Positions 49,651 to 61,479 of a DNA stretch of 64,000 nucleotides are shown piece after piece. Numbering within the stretch: the first letter of the stretch is position 1; each line of letters begins with the position of its first letter. Where the stretch lies: contig NC_043016.1 of assembly GCF_006345805.1 (NCBI RefSeq), forward strand, positions 26,288,001 through 26,352,000, read 5' to 3'. A program made the position numbers and the translations under genes. The notes under the pieces were generated by a model, which saw nothing but the letters and a program-made list of their open reading frames with translations, was not told the DNA's origin and did not search any database. The stretch is from Octopus sinensis (lineage: Eukaryota).

Positions 49651-49788
49651 GCATTTGTTTTTTTCACCTGCCCTCTTAGGAATTGGTCACGTTCTACCTT
49701 GCAGTAGAGACTAACATTTTCTTTATGTTAGTTTTACATGCCTGGACTTTCCATTCTTTTCTCTTTCTCATAGTACCCATACCCCAAT

Positions 49789-49825
<37 letters not shown>

Positions 49826-50342
49826 CCTCTTCTAACTATTTCCCTCTTTTGCTCTCTTTCTGCCATTACTTCACTCTCTCCTCCTGTCTCACCTCTCATA
49901 TATGTGTATCTATTCGTAATACAATGATATATTTCATAACCTAACATTGCAGTACAACTTTGCTACAGGACTTAGCCTAAGCCACACCAAGGGACATAAC
50001 TCTGAAAGACTTCTCCCAGTGACATATACAGTACACACACAGCGCGTACATACATACATACATACATATATGTGTGTGTGTGTGTTTCAAATTTACAGAA
50101 AGCAAAAGACGAAGACAGGTGAGGGAACAACATGCAGGTGTAATGGTTTGATGCTTGGAAAGAATGGAGAAGTCTTTCACATTTCAAGCCTATGCTCCTC
50201 GACCTCTCTTGGACTCACCTTTCTTCTTCACGAACTTTTAGTACCTCTCCTCATCCACTTAACCATCATTCCACCTGGATTACCATTGGATTTTCGGACC
50301 CTGGTGGACTCTACCACCATGGATCTTACTGGCTACTTTTGT

Positions 50343-50571
50343 TTGGCGAGCTGGCAGAAACGGTAGCACGCCGGGCGAAATGCGGGGCCGTATTTCGTCT
50401 GCCGTTACGTTCTGGGTTCAAATTCCGCCGAGGTTGACTTTGCCTGTCATCCTTTCGGGGTCGATAAATTAAGTACCAGTTACGCACTGGAGCCGATGGA
50501 ATCGACTTAATCGCTTTACCTGTCCTTGTTTGTCCCCTCTGTGTTTAGCCCCTTGTGGGTAGTAAAGAAAT
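50343..50571 (+). mobile_element. SINE family A
   Basis: Full head, central block and tail. Confidence 0.88.
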
Positions 50572-50766
50572 ATATTTAAGCATGTGTGTGTATAGAGAGA
50601 GAGAGAGAGAGAGAGCAGTGGCTTCAGACTGCTTGGCTCTCTTGCTGTATTTAGACACATAAATCAAATAAGTTACCAAAATATAAAAAAAAGGACAAAT
50701 GCTTTGAGAACTTTATCATGAGCAAAAGAGGGAAATAGTTAGAAGAGCGTAAAAGAGAGAGAGAGA

Positions 50767-50803
<37 letters not shown>

Positions 50804-50804
50804 A

Positions 50805-51200
50805 TAGGTGCAGGAGTGGCTGTGTGGTAAGTAGCTTGCTAACCAACCACATGGTTCCAGATTCAGTCCTACTGCATGGCACCTTGGGCAAGTGTCTTCG
50901 ACCAAAGCCTTGTGAGTGGATTTGGTGGATGGAAACTGAAAAGAAACCCACCGTAAATATATGTATATGTGTATGTATGTATGTATGTGTAATTGTTTGT
51001 GTGTGTGTCCCCCAACATCGCTTGACTCAACGCTGGTATGTTTACGTCCCCGTAACTTAGCAGTTCGGCATAAGAGATTGATAGAATATGTACTAGGTTT
51101 ACAAAGAATAAGTTCTGGGGTCGATTTGCTTGATTAAAGGCAGTGCTCCAGCATGGCCACAGTCAAAATGACTGAAACGAATAAAAGAATAAAAGAATGA
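50805..51200 (+). mobile_element. SINE family B
   Basis: Full length with small internal deletion. Confidence 0.88.
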
Positions 51201-51295
51201 ATAAAAAGGAGAAAACAGTTACATTTTTTTCAAAAATGCTACTGGTTTCAATTGTGTAAAACATTTTAGTCATACAATATGATAAGGAAAAAGCA

Positions 51296-51509
51296 AGGCA
51301 GTGAGCTGGCAGAAGCGTTAGCACGCTGGGGAAAATGCTTATCGGTATTTTGTCTGTCTTTACATTCTGAGTTCAAATTCTGCCGAGGTCAGCTTTGCCT
51401 TTCATCCTTTCAGAGTTGATAAATTAAGTACCAGTTGTGTACTGGGATCGATCTAATCAACTGGCCCCCTCCCCCAAAATTTTGTGCCCTGTGTCTAGAG
51501 TAGAAAAGA
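51296..51509 (+). mobile_element. SINE family A with alternative tail (actggccccctcccccaaaatt)
   Basis: Same head as other A copies; tail like 2156-2350. Confidence 0.82.
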
Positions 51510-51639
51510 ATATATATTACATTTATGTATTTGTTTTGCAAGATTCTTGATGTGAAATCATGTGTTGAAACAGATATTGTTATATTTCAGGATGATCTTT
51601 CATCATTTTTTCTTTTGGTTTTTGCCAAATAAACACATA

Positions 51640-52110
51640 CAATATATTCGTTCTTAACTTCAGATTTATTATTTTTCTTCTTTTGTTGTCCTTTGTCTGG
51701 AAAATCTTTCGTCACATGTCCTGTGGCCTCTTTAGCAACCCTCCATCCTACATGTCTCCTCTTATTCTGTTTAGTCCAAGTATAAAGTATGTGTGTCCTT
51801 TATTTATTTATTATTTTTTTTTGGCATGTTTTGGAATATGATGTCGTAAGCCTCTTTGTTTATAAGATAAATTTATTGTAGGATTTTCAATTCTGATATA
51901 TTTCTTTGTTTTGTTTGTCTTAGTTCCTGAATACTGGAAATTTCTTAGCTTGTTGTATTCCATTATCAATTATGGATAGCAGGTAATTCTTGTCAAGGAG
52001 TGTATCCTTCAGTTCTTGAAATTTTATGGCATGGATGTTTGCATTGGATACTGTTGTGCTGGTCAATAACATGGTTATTAACTCTCTTTATGAGTGTGTC
52101 TAAAAGTAGG
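51640..52110 (-). mobile_element. Penelope-like ORF fragment (post-RT region), decayed
   Basis: TTVSNANIHAIKFQELKDTLLDKNYLLSIIDNGIQQAKK resembles the PLE RT C-terminal extension. Confidence 0.5.
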
Positions 52111-52290
52111 AGTTTGTCTTAGCTATATTCTGTAGTTAATTGACCATGTGGTTAGAAGCTTGCTTCCAAACCATGTGGTCATGGACACTGTCCTACTGAG
52201 TGACATTTTGGACAAGTGCCTTCCACTATAACTCCAGATTGACTAAAGCTTTGCTGGTGGATTTGGTTGATGGAAACTGAAAAGAAGCCT

Positions 52291-52325
<35 letters not shown>

Positions 52326-52374
52326 ATGTTTGTCTCTCACCATTGTTTGACAACTGGTGTTGGTTTTATATTTA

Positions 52375-52566
52375 AGAGATGAGGAATTATGTACATTATT
52401 TACATTATTTACATTATTTGCATTCGAAGAATACCTTAGGAATGAGAACCCAGGTTCGAAATTTCACCAAACACATGAAAAAGGCTGGAGGGTATATCAG
52501 CCGAAACATTGTGTTGACAACAAACAAGATGAGGACAAATATCCGTCGAATGCAAATAATGTAAGT
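52375..52566 (+). mobile_element. Hammerhead-tail pLTR-like element with 19-bp inverted flanks, nested in a SINE B
   Basis: Tail homologous to 7750-7870; ttacattatttgcattcga (52409-52427) is the exact reverse complement of 52546-52564. Confidence 0.75.
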
Positions 52567-52951
52567 AATGGTGTTTGTTTGTTTACATCCCTGTAACTTA
52601 GGAGTTCAGTAAAAGGAGCCTGATAGAATAAGTATCATACTTATAAATAAGTACCAGGTGTGATTTGTTTGACTATACCCTTCAAAGCAGTGCTGAGACA
52701 TAGTCACAGTCCAAAGACTGAAATCAATAAAAGGAGAAAGCGTTGAGAAATTGTGGAGGACAATGTACTTATACTTAACATGTCACCAAACAAATACCTG
52801 TAATTACTAAAGTGTGCATTTTTGTAAATTTATACTATTGTATTTATGTACATATGACTTAAAATCTAATTAAATAAAATTGCAGCTGATCAAGCACAAT
52901 TAAGTAATTACATCCAAAATTATTATATATAAATTATTTTCATTTGAATTA

Positions 52952-53352
52952 TGCAGGAGTGGCTGTGTGGTAAGTAGCTTGCTTACCAACCACATGGTTC
53001 CGGGTTCAGTCCCACTGCGTGGCATCTTGGGCAAGTGTCTTCTGCTATAGCCCCGGGCCAACCAATGCCTTGTGAGTGGATTTGGTAGACGGAAACTGAA
53101 AGAAGCCTGTCGTATATATTATATATATGTGTGTTGTGTGTGTTTGTGTGTCTGTGTTTGTCCCCCTAGCATTGCTTGACAACCAATGCTGGTGTGTTTA
53201 CGTCCCCGTCACTTAGCGTTCGGCAAAAGAGACCGATAGAATAAGTACTGGGCTTACAAAGAATAAGTCCCGGGGTTGATTTGCTCGACTAAAGGCGGTG
53301 CTCCAGCATGGCCACAGTCAAATGACTGAAACAAGTAAAAGAGTAAAGAGTA
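52952..53352 (+). mobile_element. SINE family B, full length, low divergence
   Basis: caggagtggctgtgtggtaagtagcttgcttaccaaccacatgg..gagtaaagag. Confidence 0.92.
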
Positions 53353-53429
53353 TAGACTTGTGATATATCCATTGTAAACTTAAAATAGTCTGGACATTTT
53401 TCAATGCTATTAAGTCTCACTCTGTCAGT

Positions 53430-53735
53430 TACAACAAGTACTCCAGTTGATTCGAATCAATGGAATGGCCTGCTTGTAAAATTAAAACGCAAGTGGCTGA
53501 GTTCTCCACTGATATGCATGCCCTTAATGTAGTTCTTAGGGAGATTCAGCATGAGACAGAATGTGATATGGCTGCCCCTTTGAAATACAAGTACAACTTA
53601 TTTTTGTCAGATGAGTGGATTGGAGCAACATGAAATAAAATGTCTTGCTCAAGGACACAATGCATTGCTAGAAATCGAACTCATGACCTTATGATCATGA
53701 GCTGAATACCCTAACCACTAAGCCACACACCGTCA
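53430..53735 (-). mobile_element. SINE with family F-type head and family C-type tail
   Basis: Head ..ccctaaccactaagccacac; tail similar to 13200-13330. Confidence 0.6.
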
Positions 53736-55415
53736 CCAAAAACACCAGAAACACAAACGAAAAAGTGACATTTTTACTATTCATTTTTCACACTAATCAA
53801 TGAGGAGACCTTTATATATGCTTCTTCACTTACTTCAACAAACTTTCCTTCTACGATCCACTGAGGAAGGCTTCTAAATATTTGTTCAACCTGTTAGAAA
53901 TATCAGCCAAATCTTCCTGACATCACACACTACTGTCTTTAAAACAACACCCTGTGTAGTTTTGTAGTGTAGACCTTACCTTAACAATAGTAGAAGATGC
54001 AGACCTTGTTCAGCAGAGAAAAGGATTATATCGAATTATTCCCAGGGGTCTACCTGAACTCTAAAAGCATAATTTGCCCAACTGATTGGTTCCATTCTAG
54101 CATAAAAGGTTAGCCCTTGCTTCATTATAAGTCTTTTCACCATATAAAGGAATTTATTTTCTCTACAAATTCATCATCTTTGTATGAAATCCACAGCATC
54201 AGATTTGTCAATAACTTTATCCTCTGAATTGCTTTATACTTAACAAAGCATATGTAGAAGAACCTGCTGTGCTGTTATGTAGTCAAACACAAAATTATTT
54301 TCTTGAAATGAATTGATTTATTTTCTAGTAGCTTCTTGGAGTTTTTCAGTACTGCTTGTTTCATTACATAACTGATTATGTCAATGTAGGTCAGGGCTTT
54401 AAAGAACTCGTTCTAGATTGCTTCTTGTGCTAAAATTTTGCACAGGCAGCCCTTCATTTGGCTTTAGAAAAGCAAAAAAGAAACAGCTGATGCAAGAAGT
54501 TAATTAGTTCCTTGCCACATTCCTTCAGGATTTATAGGAATTTGATTAGAAAAGGCAGCTTTATTGGGTTTGAGTTATCCCTATATCTTGAGGATGCTTT
54601 TTGTGTTGAGGATCATATTTTGTAGTACCAGAAAAATGATGTTTGATGGCTGGGCATAAGCATTTGTTACGTGATTCATTTCTATGAATAGCAGTCAGAA
54701 GTCTAAGAAAACCTGCAAGAGTTATAGATGATGTCCTTCCCACCTGACAAAACCTTAAAAGCAAAACTGCTTTTCAGTGTTGAGTGTGTTAAGAGAGAGG
54801 GCAGAGGAAGAGAGAGAGGGGGGGCAGGTAGACTGATAGATAGGACAAGAGAACCAGAGATAGAGTAATAGAGAGAGACAATGAGATAAAGACAGTGAGA
54901 GAGGGAGGAGAGAGAGAAAGTATGTGTATGTTTAAGTTCATTTTTGGTTATTGATCTTATTTTGTCAGGCTTTCCTTTAGTCAGATATTGCTTTACTTTT
55001 TCTTTCTATTTTTTTTTTCTTTTTGTTACATTCTCTATAAGATCCTTGCCATGCCTTGCTTTTGTTCTCTTCACCAATTAACAGAATATATGAGGTTTCA
55101 TTATAAAAATGCATTTCTCCATTTACTGCTGAACCTTGCATTTTCATGTAGTTAATTCACTGGTAATTTAGTAGATAATTATTGTAATACAAGAGCTTGT
55201 CATCTCAGAATTAATTTATTTTTAAAATAATTGATCATCTAATTTAAAGTGGTATCACATATCTCAAAAATTTGCTGTTTGATAGAGCCAAAGCTTGCAT
55301 TAATTCTCAGTACATTAGTGTTCTAAAATATTCCAATAGATCAAATACTATGAATAATTTCCATATATAATTTCCAGAGCTTTTTTTTTTCATTTGATTC
55401 TATTTTGTTTTAAAG

Positions 55416-55538
55416 TTTATTTTATACCAATACGATTGTTGATGTCCAGCAAAAACCAATTAGCGATTCGTTGCATTTCTAATGGTGAGAATGACAAAGG
55501 GATGCCTGCACAACCTAGGTGGAATTAAATACCACAAG
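55416..55538 (+). CDS. Candidate exon (acceptor ttttaaag, donor AAG|gtattt)
   Basis: One frame reads YFIPIRLLMSSKNQLAIRCISNGENDKGMPAQPRWN*; another holds ATG..MVRMTKGCLHNLGGIKYHK ending in phase 0 at the donor. Confidence 0.3.
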
Positions 55539-56157
55539 GTATTTTTATTCAATGTATGTATTATCAACAATTTTTCATTGATGTGTGTATTTTTCAAATA
55601 CAAACCCTAATACACACAAAAACATACATTCACACACACACAGATACAAATATGCACAAACACAAACACACACACACACTCACATACACACACACTCACA
55701 TATACACACACATGCATATACAATGTGCACTTCTGCATACAGTCCTGTCCACTGAATTTCACACATCAAATATTGGTCAACCCTCAGACTAAATTAAAAT
55801 ACACTTATAAAGGAGTCAGGCATGCAGCAGTACTGAATCCAGAATGACTTGCTTGCAAAGCAAGCACCTTAACCATGCAGCCATGTGTACATTATTTACA
55901 AATTAAATAGGAAATCAGAGCATGAAAAGCTGTTGTTTATAAACAGCCTGCTCCTACATTACAGGTTCCTATGGATTCCAGTCCATAGGAACACAATGCC
56001 CATGGCCATTATTAAAAGACTGGTCAGACCATCATCTGAGAACATCACACCAGTCATAGAATGGTTTCAACAAGAGAAAATAGCAGGAATAGTTCATTTT
56101 GTTTGTGGATCTGCCAAAGATATTTTGATACCATAATTAGGGAGTTTTGTTAGATGT

Positions 56158-56750
56158 TAGGAGTGGCTGTGTGGTAAGTAGCTTGCTTACGAACCGCATG
56201 GTCCCAGGTTCAGTCCCACTGTGTGGCACCTTGGGCAAGTGTCTTCTACTATAGCCTCAGGCCGACCAAAGCCTTGTGAGTGGATTTGGTAGGCGGAAAC
56301 TGAAAGAAGCCCGTCGTATATATGTATATATATATATAGGCGTAGGAGTGGCTGTGTGGTAAGTAGCTTGCTTATGGACCACATGATCCCAGGTTCAGTC
56401 CCACTGCATGGCACCTTGGGCAAGTGTCTTCTACTATAGCCTCAGGCCGACCAAAGCCTTGTGAGTGGATTTGGTAGATGGAAACTAAAAAAAGCCCGTC
56501 ATATATATTTATATATATGTGTACGTGTGTGTATATGTTTGGTTATGTGGAATGTTTGTGTGTCTGTGTTTGTCCCCACCAACATCGCTTGACAACCAAT
56601 GCTGGTGTGTTTACGTTCCCAGCAAAAGAGACTGATAGAATAAGTACTAGGCTTACAAAGAATAAGTCCTGGGGTCAATTTGTTCGACTAAAGGCGGTGC
56701 TCCAGCATGGCCGCAGTCAAATGACTGAAACAAGTAAAAGAATAAAAGAG
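56158..56750 (+). mobile_element. SINE family B with tandemly duplicated 5' half
   Basis: Head 56158-56337 followed by a complete copy 56338-56750. Confidence 0.9.
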
Positions 56751-56819
56751 TATCCAAAGCTTTCTTTGTCTATAGAATGATAACCAGAATTGCTGATGGG
56801 GAAAGTGTAAATTTGGGAC

Positions 56820-57130
56820 CTTCAGTATGAAAATAGAACTTCTTCCTTGCTACTGCACTTTCTATAATCTTTCTCATCTATGGCCACATTGTTACACAGT
56901 ACACAGGAGAAAGGAGATGGAAGGCTAGAGTCTTTTAACATCTAACGCATCAGAAGGCTGCAAGCTATCACCAAGTTTAAATCTGATCAGATCACTCTAG
57001 TACTACAATATCCTGAAGGTTGTGCATTGGCAGCCCAAATCCCAGAAGCCCTATAAACCATCATTTCAGCTCTTGCTAAAGCTTATGAAATAAAGGGGTT
57101 GTCACTTTAACATCCAGAAGAGTGAAGCCA
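56820..57130 (+). mobile_element. RTE/BovB-like RT fragment (decayed)
   Basis: DGR..FNI*RIRRLQAITKF..LQYPEGCALAAQ (degenerate LQYADDCAL). Confidence 0.65.
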
Positions 57131-57161
57131 CTCTGAAGACCATTCATCCCATTCACTTCCA

Positions 57162-57194
<33 letters not shown>

Positions 57195-57751
57195 ACACAC
57201 ACACCCTAGCCACAGTTTCCCAGATATCTAGGCAACATCATTTTTGATGACTACAGATAAGAATGCTTTCTCTAAATTTTGCTTTGGATGCATATGCCGA
57301 AATTTGTATTATATGCAATTTTTGTCTTCCTTTGCTAAGTACATTCATCCGCTTGAGTAAACATCGCTCAAATTACTTCACTGGGGAAAAAAAACCCAAT
57401 TTCATTTTGAAAACATTGTGCGCACATATCTTTCCTTTCCTCGTTATAAAATTATGTGTGACTGCATACACACACACACATACACACACAGAGTCATAAA
57501 CCCAAACACACACACACACACACACACATCTTAGAGGGAATTCTGTTCCAAGTATTCTTCTAATTAATATCTAACTTCAGAACAAATGAAATGACAAAAA
57601 GAAGCTTACATCAGAATTATTCCACATAACCAAACAATAATATGTCCTGCCTGCAATCAAAATTCACATCAAAGTTTGGATGTACCAGTAACATATTCTT
57701 AACAATAACATCTGTTAGTTCCTCTCTAGGATCTCCATGTAACTGTATATA

Positions 57752-58149
57752 TCTTTATATATAAAAGTGAAGTTGTGTGTCTATCTCCTACGATTTAGAT
57801 TCCTAACAACTCCCACAGTTTGCGGTGCAGTTTAACCAAAACCGGGTATCTTATAGTCGTGATTCATATCGAGCCCTTCTGGGTATTAGCACGCATCTAT
57901 GATGAGTCTACGATTTTAAAAATAATTTACCATCATTTTTTTCCATTTTAATTCATTTTTTCGCTATTATATAAGGGAAGTAACTCTCTAAAAATGTCTA
58001 CGATGAGTCAACAATTTTTAAAAAAATTTACCATCATTTTTTTCCATTTTTAATGCATTTTTTTTGCTATTTTTTGGCTATAACTCTCTAAAAATGCTTA
58101 TATAGTTATTTCCCTTACAAACCCGAGCAACGCCGGGCGATACTGCTAG
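57752..58149 (+). mobile_element. Non-autonomous Helitron
   Basis: A|TC 5' end, subterminal hairpin cccgagcaacgccggg, CTAG|T 3' end, internal ~95-bp direct repeat. Confidence 0.9.
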
Positions 58150-58929
58150 TATATAATATTACTGTTATTTATCATGGTGGTGGTGATGGTGCAGTGGTGG
58201 TGTCATATCAGTGAATACTATGTCTTTGGATTCACCTGTATATCACATACTTGACAATAAAATTTGTCAATTTTCTAACTGCTGTTAGGTCTACCATTGT
58301 TGGCCTGGATGTGTAGCTAAGAAGCTTTCTTCCCAATCACGTGGTGTTGTGAGTGGATTTGATAGATGGAAACTGAAAGAAGCTTGTCACATGTGTGTGT
58401 ATGTGTGTGAGTATGCATGTGTAGATGTGAATGTTTGTGTGTGTATGGGTATATATGTGTGTGTCCTGCTGTCTTCTTTCTTTAACTTTGCATGATAGTT
58501 GCAGACAATCATCACCATAAAGCAAGCAACTGTGTTAATTTCCAGTCTTCTGTGAAAATCATGTTCTGGCCATAGGGAACATTACTGACTGATGAGTGTT
58601 GGCAACAGGAAGAGTGTCTGGCTATAGAAAACCTGCCTAATTAAATTCCAAAGGTGGAAAAATAGATGTTAACAGGATGATGATGGTGGTGATAGTGGTG
58701 ATGATGCTGATGGTGATGACGACAAGGTCGCAAACAATGATGATAACCACCAATTGCAGGTATGTGTTGGATGGTTTGATATGAATTGATGAGCCAGAAG
58801 ACTGCACCAAACCCCAATGTTAGCTTTGATATGTTATTTTTTTTTTATGGCTGAGCTCCCTTCCTAATGTCAGCCACTTTACAGAGCATACTGGGTGGGG
58901 TGATTTTTATGTGGCATCCAGTAATTTTT

Positions 58930-59690
58930 GTGTAGGACTAGTAAAGTCACCAAGCAACCTTCAATAGAAGAGATCTCTACAACTGACTTGAATATAAATA
59001 TGCCATTCACTGTTGTATTTTTCCTCTGGAGAACACATTCTCCCTTTAGACAATGTGTTGACAACACACATGATTCACTGATATCAGTAGACCCTATTAT
59101 TGTGGTGTGTGATGCTCAAAGGAAAATTTTGTTTGCCTGACATCTACTCTTTGGTCTTCAGTCAGTTGGCTCAGCTTTTGATTTTCCTGGTGACATGTCA
59201 GTGTTAAAGAATGATGTGGCTTCTGCAGTCAGAGATGTTACCTGGAGCTCTAAATAGACAAGAACAGCCATTCTTATTTATAGTATTCAAGAATATAATC
59301 TTCATTCTCATTTTCATCCTTGTCCTACCCCTCTGCCTCATCATTATCATTTAATGTCCTGTTTTCCATGTTGGCATGGATCTTGATAGTTTGACAGGAT
59401 CTGATGATCCACAGTGCTGAACTGAACTATGGTTGGATGCCTTTCCTAACACCAACCACTTTACAGTGTGTGCTGGGTGCTTTTTACATGGCACCAATAC
59501 AAGTAAGTTTGCCAGGTTACTTGCAAGACAGAAAAGAACAGGAAGAAGAAAAAAAAAGTTCCGATGACTTAGTGTGGGAGAGGATATTGAGAAGTAGGGG
59601 CAGGGTGGTTGTATGCCATGTTTTGAAAGGAGATATATTGTAGAGATCTCTTCTATTGAAGGTTGCTTGGTGACTTTACTAGTCCTACAC
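58930..59690. repeat. Perfect 53-bp inverted repeat pair
   Basis: 58930-58982 is the exact reverse complement of 59638-59690. Confidence 0.92.
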
Positions 59691-59693
59691 TAG

Positions 59694-60176
59694 TCCTGTA
59701 TGTAGATGGTAAAGTGTGTTTTGAGTACAATTTGATTACTATTTCTAACATGTTGAATAACCAATATTTGCTGCCCGCATTATTATTGTCATAGAGTCCT
59801 CTGGTCTTTAGCTAACAGAACATCTGAAGAATTGCTAAGTTGCCATTCCTCAAAGTTACTGCATCTTTCACCTGTTTCTCCATGTGACACACACACTCAC
59901 ACATACACACAACACACACAACACACACCACACACACACACCACACACACACACACACACACATAATAAAATGGTTTCTAACTCACACACAACCATCTTG
60001 ATTCTACCTCATAATGGAGAAAGATTTGGCTGAAATGTTTTGCAGTTTATTTTTTATTCTGCAGATCTTTGAAAATGCAGAGCAACTGGTTGCCATGTCA
60101 ACAAGGAATACAAATATCATTCAGTACTTTGTTGAAGTAAACCCATGGGATATGATACCATTCATGCGCGCGCACC

Positions 60177-60212
<36 letters not shown>

Positions 60213-60409
60213 ACTCTACCTTATATCATGAGATGCTCTAGCATCTAGTCACCATCACTCCACCATCTCTATTACTTTTTATCCCTCTACTCCCATTCAC
60301 TCCTTATATAATGTGGGGTGAGTGAATGGGAGTAGAGGGATAAAAAGTAATAGAGATGGTGGAGTGATGGTGACTAGATGCTAGAGCATCTCATGATATA
60401 AGGTAGAGT

Positions 60410-60449
<40 letters not shown>

Positions 60450-60664
60450 TGCGCGTGCATGAATGGTATCATATCCCATGGGTTTACTTCAACAAAGTAC
60501 TGAATGATATTTGTATTCCTTGTTGACATGGCAACCAGTTGCTCTGCATTTTCAAAAGATCTGCAGAATAAAAAATATTAACTGCAAAACATTTCAGCCA
60601 AATCTTTCTCCAATTATGAGGTAGAATCAAGATGTTGTGTGTGTGAGTTAGAAACCATTTTTAT

Positions 60665-60749
<85 letters not shown>

Positions 60750-60954
60750 GTGTGTGTCACATGGAGAAACAGGTGAAAGATGCAGTAACTTTGAGGAATG
60801 GCAACTTAGCAAATTCTTCAGATGTTCTGTTAGCTAAAGACCAGAGGACTCTATGACAAATAAGATAATGCGGGCAGCAATATATGGTTATTCAACATGT
60901 TAGAAATAGTAATCAAATTGTACTCAAAACACACTTTACCATCTACATACAGGA
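59694..60954. repeat. Fold-back inverted duplication, ~610/635-bp arms, 17-nt spacer
   Basis: 59694-60302 vs 60320-60954; differences are mostly 1-2 nt indels and microsatellite length. Confidence 0.93.
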
Positions 60955-60990
60955 AAAAGATAGAATGGCCATGGTTGGAATACCTACAAT

Positions 60991-61115
60991 CAGAGGCAGA
61001 CTGAGCTGCCAGTCAATCAGGCTCTGAGGGGCCCACACTCTACATGTTAACTCTACCAAAACACACATTCAAAGGGTTATACCCAAGGGCCCCTAATATT
61101 CTCAGTCTGCCCCTG
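60991..61115 (+). mobile_element. hAT-type MITE (125 bp)
   Basis: TIRs cagaggcagactgag and ctcagtctgcccctg; 8-bp TSD cctacaat/cctccaat. Confidence 0.8.
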
Positions 61116-61479
61116 CCTCCAATTATATTTCTGCTTGATCAAGCCTAATTTTTGACTTAATAATAACTATAACAATTGCATGTGAGCAATTCAAGGGAAA
61201 ATTTTGATGCTTAAGGATGCTCAAGGGAAAATTTTCTTTTGCCTGACGTCTACTCTTGGGTCTTCAGTCAGTTGGCTCAGCTTTCGATTTTCCCGGTGAC
61301 ATGTCAAGAATCCAATGATTTCTACTGACTAGGCATTGACAAATGAGCGGAATGTTGGCAAGAAGATGCGAACAATGAAGAATATATTATGGACCAACTT
61401 GTTAAAATTGTTGATGGGAAATAAGGATTAAAATAGGAGGAAAAATAAAGAACAAATTTATATGACAAACCAGTTAAAT

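Noticed and set aside
49680-49726. Plus-strand exon candidate (ELVTFYLAVETNIFF)
   Set aside because: The donor is weak (gttagt after AT) and it abuts a decayed LINE fragment.
53855-53915. CTGAGGA-aggct..agcc-AAAT hammerhead-like motif
   Set aside because: There is no GAAA and no stem III or stem I pairing.
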